Assembly: GCF_036321535.1 (NCBI RefSeq) | Contig: NC_087436.1 | Span: 54,376,001-54,440,000, forward strand | Direction of reading: 5' to 3' | Source: Camelus dromedarius | Taxonomy: Eukaryota | DNA: 64,000 nt | Shown here: piece after piece, positions 38,613 through 52,200 of the stretch | How the letters are laid out: each line of letters begins with the position of its first letter | Numbering within the stretch: position 1 is the stretch's first letter | The notes under the pieces: model-generated | Database searches by the model: none | What the model saw: only the letters and a program-made list of their open reading frames with translations | What the model was told of the DNA's origin: nothing | Position numbers and translations under genes: made by a program

Positions 38613-41375
38613 AAAAAGTTACATTTACACTACTCTGTAGTCTATTAAATGTGCAATAGTATTATGTCTAAAAATGCAGATACCTTACTTAAAAAAATAC
38701 TTTATTTCTAAAAATTTTAAACATTTGAGCCTTCAGCAAGTCAGGTTTTTTTTTAATCAATTTATATATTTATTATTGCATCAATTCTAGTCTCCACTTT
38801 GGCTCTTACAATATAAATTCCACTTCTTGTACCTTATCCACTAATTCATAGAAACCTAGATGTCCTATTTATAATATCTATATCAAGCCAAAGCTGCTGC
38901 TTTCATCTTCTGATCTAGATGAGTTTCAGATCCAAATACACACTAATCAGAGCTGTACAGGGAAGAGCACGGACCATCTCCTGTGAAGTAACACTGGCAG
39001 TTCTTATCTTCTCAGTCCTACTATTGTACGGATCATATATATTTCAGTGGGAATTACTGCAGAAGAACACCTATGACCAATTTCCCCATCTTGACCCATG
39101 CCCATAATTTGATTTCTCTCTATGCTAGCTGAAACCAACAGATCCCCATTTAATTTAACAGAAGGAGAATTAAAACTTGTATTGGGCTTCAAGGTCGAAA
39201 AGGAGGCAGGCTCATTTGCCCTGTTCTTCCCAACAGAATATGTCAATATCATTATAATGAATATTTAAGTTATAGTCATTTTATTGGTATAGTGTCTTGC
39301 CTTGATGTTGCCTGCTGGCTGATCAGGGTGGTGGTTGCTGAAGGCTGGGTGGCTGTGGCAATTTCTTAAAATAAGACAACAATGAAATTTGCTGCACCAA
39401 TTGACTCTTCCTTTCATGAATGATTTTTCTATAGCATGCATGCTGTTTGATAGCATTTTACTCACAGTAAAAGCTTGTTTCAAAATTAGACTCAATCCTC
39501 TCAAACCCTGCTGCAACTGTATCAATTAAGTTTATATATTATTCTAAATCCTTTGTTGTCGAAATGTCGGCAGTCTTCATAGTATTTTCCCTAGGAGTAG
39601 ATTCCATCTCAAGAAACCACTTTCTGTACTTACTCATAAGAAGCAACTTCTCATCCAGTAAGGGTTTATCATGAGGTTGCAAAAACTGAATCACATCTTC
39701 AGGCTCTATTTCTAATTTAGTCCTCTTACTATTTCCACCCCATCTCCAGTTTCTTCTTTCACTGAGTCTTGAATCTCTCAAAGTCATCCATGAAGGTTGG
39801 AACCAATGTCTTCCAAACTCCTGTTAATGTTGATATTTTGACCTAGTTCCATGAATTAAAAAATGTTCTTAATAGCATCTAGAATAAGGAACCATTTCCA
39901 GAAGTTTTTTAATTGACTTTGCCCACATCCTTCATAGGAAACACTGTCTATGGGCTTATGAAATGAATTTCTTAAATAATAAGACTTGAGAGTCAAACTG
40001 ACTCCTTGATCCATGGGCTGCAGAATGGATGTTGTGTTAACAGGCATTAAAACATCATTAATCTTGTACATCTTCATCAGAGCTCTTAGGTGACCAGATA
40101 CATTGTCACTGAGCAGGAATATTTTAAAAGGAATCTTTTTTTCTGAGCAGTAAGTCTCAACAGTGGGATTAAAATATTCAAAAAATCATGTTGTGAACAC
40201 TTGTGCCAGCATGCAGGCTTTGTTATAACATTTATGGAGCACAGGCAGAACAGATGCAGCATAATTCTTAGGGGCCCTAGGATTTTCGGTCTGGTAAATG
40301 AGCAGTCTTCAACGTAAAGTCACCAGCTGCATTAGCCCCTCTCAGGAGAGCCAGCCTGTCCTTTGAAGCTTTGAGGCCAGGCATTGATTTCTCCTCTCTA
40401 GCTATGAAAGTCCTGGAAGGTGTCTTCTTCCAATAAAGGGCTGTTTTGTCTACATTGAAAATCTGTTGCTTAGTGTAGCCACCTTCATGAATTGTCGTAG
40501 CTAGATCTTCTGGATAACTTGCTACAGCTTCTATTATCAGCATTTGCTGCTTCACCTTGCACTTTTATGTTGTGGAGAGGGCTTCTTTACTTAAACCAAC
40601 CTCTGCTGGCTTCAAAACTTTCGTCTGCAACTTCTTCATCTCTCTCAGCCTTCGTAGAATTGAAGGGAGTTGGCGTCTTGCTCTGGATTAGGCTTTGGTT
40701 TAAGGGAGTGCTATGGCTGGTTTGATCTTCTACCCAGGCCACTAAAACTTTCTCCATGTGAGCAATGACTGTTTCACTTTCTTATCATTTGTGTGTTCAC
40801 TGGAGGAGGACTTTAAATTTCTTTCAAAAACTTTCCCCAACTATTTAGCACAAGAGGTCTAGCTTTCGGCCTGCTTTGGCTTTTGACGTGCCTTCCTCAC
40901 TAAGTTTAATCATTTTTAGTTTTTGATTTAAAGTGAGAGACATGTGAATCTTCCTTTCACTTTAACACTTATAGACCATTGTAACATTACTAGTTGGCCT
41001 TATCTCAGTATCATTGTCCTCCGGGAATAGGCAGATTCAAGGAGAGGGAGAGAGATGGGGGAGCATTCAGAACACACACATGTATCACTTAGGTTTGCCA
41101 TCTTATATGGGCATGGTTGGTGGCGCGCCCAATTAAAGTAGTAACATCAAAGGTCACTGATCGTATATCACCATAACAGATATAAAATGAAAAAGTTTGA
41201 AATATTGTAAAAATTACCAAAACGTGACACCAAGACATGAAGTAAACAAATACTGTTGGGAAAATGGTGGTGATAGGCTTGCTAGAAACAGGGTTGCCAC
41301 AAACCTTCAATTTGTAAAAAACACAATATCTGCAAAGTGCAATAAAGCGAAGTGCAATAAAATGAAGTATTCCTG
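38613..41375 (-). mobile_element. Tigger1 (pogo/TcMar) DNA transposon, near full length, decayed, interrupted by the ND1 NUMT
   Basis: Minus-strand ORF fragments 40277-40555 ([37 protein letters not shown]), 39856-40077 ([13 protein letters not shown]), 39539-39787 and 39265-39525 are Tigger1 transposase-like. The right terminus ...aataaaatgaagtattcctg is followed by TA (41376-41377). The left segment 38613-38755 resumes at ~39286. No left TIR is recognisable. Confidence 0.93.
38757..39285 (+). pseudogene. MT-ND1: NUMT: degenerate nuclear copy of the central part of mitochondrial ND1 (approx. residues 67-240)
   Basis: Read with TGA=W and ATA=M: [43 protein letters not shown]...WS.W...KYTLI.A...TISCEVTLA...[67 protein letters not shown]. 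This is collinear with the ND1 motifs WIPLP, [23 protein letters not shown] and [25 protein letters not shown]. Frameshifts and stops are present. Confidence 0.95.
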
Positions 41376-41552
41376 TATTTCATGCTTATCATATTTCAAA
41401 TCCCTGAATGAATAAGTGTTCAAAAGGAATGCTCCAAGATTGTTTGATGCTAAATCTAAATGTTAAGATCATAAATCTAAGAATAATATCCATGTGACCA
41501 AAATCAATCATTTAAATCATGCTTTATTATTTTTACATTTGTTTTTTCTTAG

Positions 41553-41668
41553 GGCCTGCAACGTACAATCCTGTTTTACAGAAATCTTGCTCCATACCCT
41601 TACTTGTTAAAGCATCGAAGCGTTTTAAAGATTCCAAAGAGACTACTCCTGGTCCAGCGACATATGAG
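41553..41668 (+). CDS. STPG2: Internal coding exon (116 bp, phase 1 in, phase 0 out) of sperm-tail PG-rich repeat containing protein 2
   Basis: Polypyrimidine tract and acceptor ttttttcttAG (AG at 41551-41552); donor GAG|GTTTGT at 41669. Open frame gives (G)PATYNPVLQKSCSIPLLVKASKRFKDSKETTPGPATYE with GPATY/PGPATY SHIPPO-type motifs. This matches the STPG2 C-terminal region as I recall it (human approx. PGPAAYNPVLRKSCPIPLFVKASKRFEESKEITPGPATYE). Confidence 0.92.
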
Positions 41669-44494
41669 GTTTGTCAATGATATTTCTCTTTTAATAACAA
41701 CACAAGAATAGAAAAATGTCCAGAAAGTACTGCAAATGTCCTTATTAAAGTCCTTTTCTTATGGTTTATTATTACTAACTAATCAAAATGTTTTGACTAA
41801 GAAAGACCTTTTGAAGATATATTCTGACATTTCTTAAAGAATTATTTAAGAATTTAAAAATTAATCATTTATCTATAAATATTCTCTACAGAATTAATAT
41901 ATATAATTTTTTACATCCCTGCAACTTTAATATTTACTTGTTTACATACACACATTGAAATTTCCAAGTATTTATTGAAATCATGAATTTATTAGAGAGC
42001 TTAGAAGAAGAAAGCCCTGTGGATCCAATAAAATCAAGTAGTGATCTTTTTTTTTAATAAATGTAGTTGGTTTAGTTTAGATTCATGATAAATAAATGTC
42101 TCATTATGCTATGGGTCTTCTGATTGTAAGAAGGAGGTTCAAGTAAACCTGCAGGGTTTTAGAAATTGTGTTCACTATATGCCTTAATTCCCCATTTGGT
42201 GGGAAAAAGTTTTCCCACTGGCTATAGCAATTGATTTAAGAGTTAATACTCAGTGCAAATCACAGTCAATGTCCTTTTTTTGGGTTAGTTAATGACAAGT
42301 TTATTTTTATTGAATGTATGTTTTTCTGCTTATTTAAAATGCCATATTCCAAATAATTTTTTCAACATTCTCTCAAAAGTAGATTCATAATATCAGAAAA
42401 AGGAAGAAAAAGAAAATCCAAATATATAATGGAGATGTTACTTGTTGACTGTTGACTCCCAAAAAGATAACTGTTAATGCCTACTGAGATTAAGCAAAGC
42501 TAATTTTCTAAGGCTTACTTTAGAAAGGGAGACTCTGCTAGACAGAGTGTTAGTAGTATTTCAGAAGGTGGAAGTCAAGAAAAGATTGCATAATATTTTA
42601 GGATCGGCTGTGTGATTGGTTGCCTGATGTAAGGCAAGTCTTACAAACTGGGAACTAGTAGGGATTTGGCAGAGTTTGTGACATGTTTACGTGGATTTGT
42701 TTGGATTGTTGGGTGCAGTGAGGAAGGATCTTTAATTAAGTATTAGCAGTAAGCTGTTAGTCTTGATAAGTTGGGTATTAGAACTGTTCATAGTCTGGTC
42801 ATATTAAATCACATTAAATCTTTAGCTGAGTACTTCCCCACTCCTTTTTAAAGGTGATTTTAATGGTGTCCATAGATTATAAATGCCGGTAAATCTAATG
42901 TTATCCTTTTTCATTTTGTGATACGTTTGTCATAAACGATGTATCCACTAGTATTTCTGGTATTTAAAGATGCCTTTCCTTTTTCTTTCATTAAGATTTT
43001 ATGAACATATTTATACTTCTTCCTAGTCATTTATTGTAGAAAATTATTTCTACATGTTTGGGGAAAACTACTTATGGATTTAATAATGAAGTTTAATTAA
43101 AGTATTGCCTGAAATTTCAAACTAATGTATCTTCTAAATACTGCACCCCAAGGTAACTGTTTTGTTGAGAACTGACCCTGTAATGTTTTGTCTTCCCAGC
43201 ACCATTTGTTTCTTTTAATAATTGAAAACTTTCTTTGAACAAGTAATTTTCTTTCATTATTTTCCTTCTTTAAAGGAAAAGTTCTTTTAAGCTGACATGC
43301 TGAGGAATTAATTACAAGGTTTATTTGTTATAGCTTGTTATTTTTTAATTTGATGCTTCTCTTTTTCTTTATCATGTTTAGTAAGTTTAAGTTGGTGACT
43401 CTTAAGAATGTGTTTGCCCTAATTATTTTACTTTTTCAATTTTCTACTTATGGTGATTCTAGAAATTTATAAAACTGTTTTAAGATTGCAACATGCGATA
43501 TTTTTGAAAAGTACTTAAACATGTATGACGTCTACTTCAAGATAGTTAGAGATTTTTTAGTATCTCATGTCCCCTCTGGATCCCAAACTGTCAGATGTCG
43601 GTGGTCTTTACAATAATATTTATAATAACTACAGTTTTCTAATGTTGTGCACCTTCATTTGTGGGGTCTGCTTGCCATTTTTATTCTTTCATGAATTCTC
43701 TTGAGTTTTGTAGACAGAATTAGTTTTCTCCTTTTTTTTTTTTTTTGGTCTAAGTTGTCATTAGAACATATCTTTACCCATTATATTTCAGTTACAGGCT
43801 AATCTGTTTGTCTCTTATGTTCCGTCTAGTTTTTGACATTTACTAGTTCACTCTAATGGACACTTTTGAATAGCTAGTAAAACCTAGAAGCTCTTTACTT
43901 AGAGGGCAAATGCATATATACTTTTAACAAAAACTGCATACAATTTTAGAAGGTTTATGATGTTCACTTATAGTGCCAGTCAGCTCCTAATGGTAGATTC
44001 TGAACTCCATGAGGTTAAGAATTTATTTAATTTAGTAGGGTTTCAACCACAGAAGCTGGCACATAGTATTGTATCAATAAATGTTTATAGTATAAATTAA
44101 CAAAATGGATTTTCTTCCTAGGATTAAATTACTAATTTTTATCTAGAAGTAAAGATTTATTACTGACTTAGTTCTCAGTGAGAAAAATAGGGAAATGTTC
44201 TTTCAAAATAGCAGTAGGTTTTATTGATTGATTCACATCCTCTTGTTGAGGAAGTCTTCTGACTAGAAAACATGTGTTTTTAAAGATTAGATAAGGTTAC
44301 ACATTATTTTCTGGAATTTAAAGTTAATAATTATTATGTGACAATATTAAAATGAGATAGAAGAAACTTCAATGAATTCAGGTTTAAAATATTCTTCATT
44401 TAAATATTACAGAAAAATTTAAAATACTTCTTTAAAAAATCAAATTCTACTGAACTTAATTAAAATTCAGTAGTACAAGTTTATTTTTAGTATA

Positions 44495-47400
44495 GTTTTT
44501 CTACTTTATTGAGATATAATTAGCATATAGTGTAAGTTTAAGGTGTACAACATGATGATTTTGTGAGCATGTGTATTGCAAAGTGATTAGCACAATAAGG
44601 TAACACCTCCATCATCTCACATAATTACCTTTTTTTTGTGGTGATAGCATTTAAGATTTACTCTCTTAGCAACTTCAAATTGTATGATACAGTATTGTTA
44701 ACTATAGTTACCATGCTTACATTACATCCCTAGTACTTAATCATCTTCTAACTGAAACTTTGTACCTTTTACCTAACCTCTCCCAATTTCTCCTACTCCC
44801 CAGCCTTTGGCAATCACTAATTTATTCTCTATTTCTAAACGTTCAGCTTTTTAAGATCCCAGATAAAGTGAGATCATACAGTATTTATCTTTTTCTGATG
44901 ACTAATTTCACTTAGCATAAAGCCCTCAAGGTTTATTCATATTATTGCAAATGGCAGGATTTCCTTCTTTTTAAAACATTCCAGTGTGTGTGTGTGCGCG
45001 CGCACACGGGTATAACATTTTCTTCATCTATTTATCCTTTGATGGACACAAGTTGTTTCCATGTCTTGGCTATTGTGAATAATGCTGCAATGAAATGGGG
45101 GTGCAGAAGTCTCTAAAATATAGTGATTCACTTTCTTCAGATGTAAACCAAGGGGTGGGTTACTGAACAACATGACAGTTCTATATTTAATTTTTGAGGA
45201 ACTTCCATAATGGCTGTACCAATTGACAGTCCCACCAGTAGTACACAAAGGTTTCCTTTTCTTCCCATTCTTGCCAACATTTATTATTCTTGTCTTTCTG
45301 ATAATAGCTATACTGACAGTTGTGAGGTGGTATTTTTTGTGGTTTTGATTTGCCTTCCCCTGATGATTAATGATTTTGAGCATCTTTTCATGTACCTTTT
45401 GGCTGTTTGTATGTTATCTTTGGAAGAACATTTATTCAAGTCCTCTGTCCATTTTTAATTGGATTATTTTTTATAATTTTTGCTATTGAGTTGTATGAAT
45501 TACTTTTATATTTTGATATTAATCCCTTCTCGGATATATGGTTTGCAAATGTTTTCTCCCATTTCTTTGGTTGCTTTTTCATTTCATTGATTGTTTCTTT
45601 TGCTGTGCAGAAGCTTTTTAGTTTGATGTAGTCCCATTTGCTTATTTTTGCTTATAGTTTAGATGTCATATCAAGAAAAATCATTGCCAAGACCAGTGTC
45701 AGGAAACTTTGGTTTATCTTCCTGCTAGGAGTTTTATAGTTTCAGGTGTTCAGTTTAAGACTTTAGACCATTTTGATTTAATTATTGTGAGTGGTGTAAG
45801 GTCCAGTTTCATTCGTTCTTTTTCATGTGGATATTCAATTTTCCAAGCATCATTTATTGAAGATACTATCCTTTTCCCATTGTGTATTTGTGACACCCTT
45901 GTCAAAGATTAGTTGAACATACATACAACAGTTCATTTCTGGGCTCTCAATTTGTTCCATTGGTTATGTGTCTGTTTTTAATGCCAGTTTTGATTACCAC
46001 AGATTTGTGATATAGTTTGAAATTAAGAGATGTGATGTCTCTAGCTTTGTTGTTTTTTTCTCAGGAATACCTTGGCTACTCGGGGTCTTTTATGATTTTA
46101 TATAAATTTTAGCTTTATTTATCTATTTCTGTGAAAAATGCCATTGAAATTTTGATAGGTATTGTATTGAATCAGTAGATGACAAGTAGAATGGATATTT
46201 TGTTATTGATTCTTTCAATCCATGAACATGGGATATCTTGCCATTTATTTGTATCTATAATTTCTTTCATCAATGTCTTATAATTTTCAGTGTACAGATA
46301 TTTTACCTCCTTGGTTGCATTTATTCCTAAATTTTTTTATTATTTTTGATACTATTATAAATGGTATTGTTTCTTCATTTGTTTTATAGATAGTTTGTTG
46401 TTAGTGTATAGGAATGTAATTGACTTTTATGTCATTTTTTATTCTGCAATTTTATTGAATTTATTTGTTATTTCTATATGTAAGTTCATTTCATCTGCAA
46501 ACAGAAAAAAAATGTATTTTTTCCTTTACAATTTGAATGACTATTGTTTCTTTTTCTTACCCAATTGTTCTATTCCAGTGCTATGTTAAATAGTGTTTAG
46601 AGTGGTCATCCTTGTCTTGTTCCTGATCATAGCAGCAAAGTTTCAACTTTTTACTGTTGATTATGATATCAGCCGTAGGCTTGTCATAAATGGCCACTAT
46701 TATGTTGTGGTACATTCATTCTATACCCAATTTGTTGATTTTTTTTTTTAAATGAAAGAATGTTGAATTTTGTCTAATAGTTTTTTTGCATGTATTGAGA
46801 TGATCATATGATTTTTATTTTCATTGTATTAATCTTGTGCATTCATGTTTATTAATTTGTTTTTGGTGAACCATTCTTGCTTCTAAGGGATAAATCCCAT
46901 TTGATCATTGTCTATGACCCTTTTAAGATGCTGTTGAATTTGGTTTGCTATATTTTGTTAAGACTTTTTGCATGTATATTCATCAGGGATATTGGCCTGT
47001 ACTTTTTAATTTTTGTAGCCTTATTATCTAGCTTTGCTATGAGGGTAATGCTGGCATTATAAAATGAGTTTGGGAGTATTCCCTTCTGTTCAATTTTTTG
47101 GAAGAGTTTGAAAAGAATTGACATTAATTCTTGAAATGTGTTGTGGAATTTAACAGTGAAACCATCTGGTCCTAAACTGTTGTTGGGAAGTTTTTTATTA
47201 CCACTTCAGTCTCCTTAGTCATTAAGGTTTATTCATATTTTCTTTTTCTTTATGACTCAGTCTTGGTAGGTTGTATGTTTCTAGAAATTTACCCATTTTT
47301 TCCTAGGTTATCCAATATAGTGGTGTACAATTGTTTATAGTAGTCTCTTAGGATCCTTTATATTCCTGTGGTGTGAATTGTAATATCTCCTCTTTCACTT

Positions 47401-48590
47401 ATGATTTCATTTATTTGAATCTTCTCTCTTTTTTCCCTTTGTCCAGCTAAAGGTTGGTCAATTTTCTTTATCTTCTCAAAATATCAGTTCTTTGTTTTGT
47501 TAATCTTTTCCATTGTTTCTTGGTCTCTATTTCATTTCTGCTCTGAAGTTTGTCTCCTTCCTTCTACTAACTTTGGAGTTAGTTCTTCTTTTTCTAATTC
47601 CATAAGAAGTAAGGATAATTTATTTATAATTTTTTTTCTTAATGTGGGCATTTTTTTCCTATAAACCTTCCTCTTAGAACAACTTTCACAATATTCCATT
47701 AAGTTTTGGTTTAATGTGTTTCCATTTTGTTTGTTTGTTTGAAGTTGCCTTTTTTTTTTTTTTTTTTACTTCCCTTTTGATTTCTTTTTGATCCATTGAT
47801 TGTTTAGGAGTATGTTGTTTAATTAATCCACATATTTGTGAATTTTCCAGTTTTACCCCATTATTGATTTCTAGCTTCATACCATTGTGGTCAGAAAAGA
47901 TATTTGGTATTTCAGTCTTCTTACATTTGTGAAGATTTGTTTTGTGACCTAACGTGTTACTCCTTCTGTAGACGGTTCCATGTGCGTTGCGAAGAGTGTG
48001 TTCTGCTGTTAGATGGAATGTTCTTTATATACTTAAGTTCACTTGTCTAAGATGTAGTTTAAATCTGTTGTTTCTTCATTGATTTTCTATCCGTTTTTTT
48101 CAAAGTATGGTGTTGAAGCCCTCTACTATTTTTGTTTTGTTGTCTATTTCTTTCTTAAGATCTGTTAATTTTTTCCTAATACATTCAAGTGCTTTGATAC
48201 TGGGTGCATATATATAATCATTATATCCTCTGGATGAATTGACCTCTTTATCATTATATAATGACTTTCTTTGTCTCTTTTTACAGTTTTTGACTTAGAG
48301 TCTATTTTACCTGATGTAAATTAGCTATTCTTGTTTTCTTTTGTTTTCCATTATATGGAATATCTTTTTCCATTCCTTCACTTTGAGTCTATATGTGTCC
48401 TTAAAGCTAAAGTGAGTTTTTTCTTTAAGGTAGCATATGCTTCAGTCTTATTTTTTTGTTGATCTAGCCACTCTATACTTTTAGATTGGATAATTTAATC
48501 AGTTTACATTTAACTTAACTGTTACAGGTAAGGACTTACTAATGCCATCTTACTGTTTCCTGGCTGTTATGTAGTTTCCTTGTTTCTTTT
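44495..48590 (-). mobile_element. L1MA-type LINE, ~4.1 kb, 5' truncated (ORF2 plus 3' UTR), decayed
   Basis: 3' end tttattgagatataattagcatatag...aagtttaaggtgtacaacatgatgattt. ORF 45024-45383 is an L1 ORF2 C-terminal remnant and 47686-47880 (MKLEINN) is ORF2-like. Continuous T-rich reverse ORF2. Confidence 0.92.
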
Positions 48591-48767
48591 TTCCTCTTTT
48601 GCTTAACAACAGTGCTTGGTATATAATAGGGACTCAGTAAAAATTTGTTCAATTTTTGAATGAATTTTAACTTTTTTTCCAATCCCATGTTACTAGTTAG
48701 ATACTTTATTAATGTAATTCTGATCATTAGTACCATCAGCAACATTTTAAATTATATTCTTGCTTTT

Positions 48768-49230
48768 TAAAAAGACTTTATATTTTTAAGAGCAGTTTTA
48801 GATTTACAACAGATTTTTGAGGGAAGTACAGATATTTCCCATGTTCTGCTTGTCCCCCATACATGCATAGATCCCCCATTAATCACATCACTCATCAGAA
48901 TATTGTATTTGTAACCAAGGGTGAACCTACATTGTCACATTACAACCACCCAAAGCCTATAGTTTACCTTAGGATTTACTCTAAGTGTTGTGCATTCTGT
49001 GGGCTTGGAAAAATATACAATGATATATACTCATCATTGTAATATCACACAAAGTATTTTCAATGCCCTAAAAATCCTCTGTATTCTGCTTATTCATCTC
49101 CCTATCCATTGGCAACCACTGATAATTTTAGGATCATAGTTTTGCTTTTTCTAGAATATCATAAAGTTGCAATCATACAGTATATAGACTTTTCAGATTG
49201 ACTTCTTTCATTTAGTTTTATGCATTTAAG
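48768..49230 (-). mobile_element. L1MC-type 3' end, 5' truncated, with TSD
   Basis: aaagactttatatttttaagagcagttttagatttaca...gtgaacctacattg...cacccaaagcctatagtttac. Flanking repeat attatattcttgctttt (48751-48767) / attctactcttgctcttt (49231-49248). Confidence 0.82.
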
Positions 49231-52200
49231 ATTCTACTCTTGCTCTTTATATTTTAACTTTCTTGATATATTAATGTAATGAAAGACAAACAGTTCTCTA
49301 GATTTTTCAAAAGAAGTGTAAATACATTGGAAAGGAGTTTCAGAAATTTACCATTTGAGTCTCATAATTTTTGTTCAACTTCTGATTATGAGGATACAAA
49401 ATTTGAAGAGCGATAAAATATCTCCAAATCATCTTTTCTTTCTTTGATTTTGTTCATTATTACTTGATAAAGATACATGTTAGATACCAATTGTTAGTCT
49501 CAGATGAGCTCCAGTTGGCTTGATATTAGTATCTTTTTCTCTCAGATTCTGACAGATGAGGCTTTTATTATTATAAGAAGTTTCTCAAGTTTTGGGGGGA
49601 CTTTGTAGATATTACAGAAGAAAGTTGAGAAGACTGCTTTAGAAACTGCTATCTAGATTATTTTCTAATATACAGAATTGCCTATGCACGATCTTGAGAG
49701 TAAATAAAAAGAAATAAGGCAGTATATGATCGGGGTATTGAAAACAAATTTTCTAGGGCATTAGATTGTTCATATTGCCTCCAAAGTGCCACTTACAAGA
49801 GATAAAAAGACACGAGGTATGTGTTTAGACCTCCATTATCTGCTTCAACTGGAGTGGCTTGATTTTCTATGTTTAATATATTATACACTTACGTAAAATT
49901 ACATTAGAGAAACAGTTTCACTGCTCAAAGTTAAAAAGAAAAAATTTAAAGCCACAGTTACAGAGAAAAGGTAGGTTCATTGGATTAGGAAAAAACTTAG
50001 TCTCAGTCTCCCTTCAGTCATTTAATAAATGAGATATAAGGATAAAAAACTACTAAAAATGTCATACAAAAATTGTACCAAAAACCATTTATTGCTATAC
50101 TTGATAAATAGTTGAATCCATAAATTGTAGTCATTGTTACTATGCTTTTATTTCATGGCTATATTCATTTATTTCTAGTTTATAAATAGGCACCCAGTAT
50201 GGCTTAGGCGCTGAGGATCCAAAAATGAAAAGTCTTTGTTCTCAAATATGTAGCAATTTGGTAAGGAGAAAAAATATAAATATTTTAATTATAATAAAAT
50301 AATTATTGTATTGGATTTGATGAAAAGTACCAAGATGTAAGTCAATCAAATGGAGTCAGGAAATCTTCAGAAAATATTTTATATGAAATATGAAATTAAT
50401 GGGAGTTTTTTATTTGTACAAGAAAAAGGAGCATGTTCTAGGTAAAAGCAATGATATATGCAAACTCAAAGAGACATAAGAGAATAAAATATTTTTAGCA
50501 AGCTTTCATTTTCAGTATTGCTAAAATATAAGGTGGATGGTATGACATTAGACATGTAGACAATATTAGAAACAAAGTATATTAAACAATATGTAGTCTT
50601 TGTTTTTTACCCTTAACTATAGGTAGACACTCATGATTTCTGAGTAGAAATAGACTGTTATATGTTCATATAAATTAAGTAAAACCCAGTTTTAACTTTT
50701 TAATATTTTAAAATATTATTTCCTTTATTTTTTCTTGACAAATTGCTAATAGAAAATGATAAGGGTTGATTTAAATTACAAGTTTTTTGGATGAAGGTTC
50801 ATTCCTAAGTTTATTTCCAAATACCCATATTATCTTTGTAGAAAATATTTTTTATAGCTATAAAATATATTATTTTAAAATGTGACTTAAACTTTCATTT
50901 TTAAATAAAATCCAGCTTTATACCATAGTTTTAAAGTTTCTGAGATAGTATTTCATTTCCTTTGGAAATGTGATTTAAACTTTTGGTTTTAGAAATCAGT
51001 TTTGCTCTTCAGATATAAAGGTCATAATACATTACTTAAAACCCCAAAGTTAACTCTTAAAAGGTGCCTGTCATTTGCCATTCCAAAGAGATCTTTGACT
51101 CTCCATGGACTACAGTCTTGGTTTAATTCTTCCCCTTCATTTCTGCTTACAGAGCTCTTGATAATCTTATGAACTTCCTACTAAGTTTTGGGAGACTTGT
51201 CAAGGTCTATCCCAGGAAATCTATTTTCAGCCTATCGTACTAGGTCTTGACGTACCTGTCAGAGGTATGAAATGCTCTACTATGTCCTGAAAGGATTCCA
51301 GGTTAATCCTGTTGCTAGTTATTATACTGAAATAGAGACAGATCTTTGGACCTTAAGAACTGGTTTCAACCTAGAAAGATTGGGTGATTATATATTTGGA
51401 TCATTTTCATGGACTCCATAAGCCCTTTAAAAGAAAAGCAAAATACTGTGTGCTCAAACCCTTGGGTATTTTTCTGTGGATAGTTTTCATAATATCCTCA
51501 CAGGGAACTATAACCCTCACCGTAACACCAGAACTATGTAGTTTAAGAATCATAGCTTATTAGCAAAAAATACCTCTATCTTTGATAATTCAGAGAAGGA
51601 GTAGAGAGTCACAATTTCTACCCAGCATGAGGCAGTGTTGTCAAGAAAACAATGGAGCTCTGGCCGTGCTAGTTGCAATATTGCAAACCTCTTTCCTATA
51701 TATGTGTACTGGATTTAACACAGTACTTATTCATGGAATTATCTATCTAAAGTATTTTTAAAACTGGAAAGGTTACATGTATTTTGCATAGACAATGGAT
51801 TACTGTGGTCAAAAATTTGGGTGAAATATATGATTTTTGCAATGGTATTGGGTGATGATTTGAAGGTAACAATATCAAAAATAGGGAGATTAGAAAGGAA
51901 CCAGATCCACATCGATTTAACCTATTTTTGAGTTGAATTAATGTTATTTTAATCAGTTACATTGAAATATATTCTTTTCTGTGTGAGTTTCAGTGTGCCT
52001 AAAACTTATCTAAGCCATCACTAATTTTACTACCAAGAAGTGCTTTTGCCTAAGGTATACTTTAAGGATCTATGAAGGCAGAAAAAAATCTTACCCAAAT
52101 GAAAACTATGTTCTTTTCTACTCTGTTGTTCTGATTGCAATGTAGAAGTTTCATTATTTCTTCAAAGTAGTATTTCAGCGTCAACTTCTTGATAAACTAC

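Noticed and set aside
38919..39252. ORFs 38919-39107 (+) and 39004-39252 (-) as novel small proteins
   Set aside because: They are standard-code readings of the ND1 NUMT (sense fragment and antisense), with no splice or expression evidence.
39265..40555. Minus-strand transposase-like ORFs as a domesticated TIGD1-like gene
   Set aside because: The transposase is broken into several frames by stops and frameshifts; it is a decayed Tigger1 copy.
44447..44473. Short inverted repeat ctactgaa...ttcagtag near the L1 end
   Set aside because: An 8-bp stem in AT-rich DNA is expected by chance; no MITE or RNA-gene features.
45024..47880. Cluster of ORFs of 60-119 aa
   Set aside because: All lie in the decayed antisense L1 (ORF2 remnants or their antisense).
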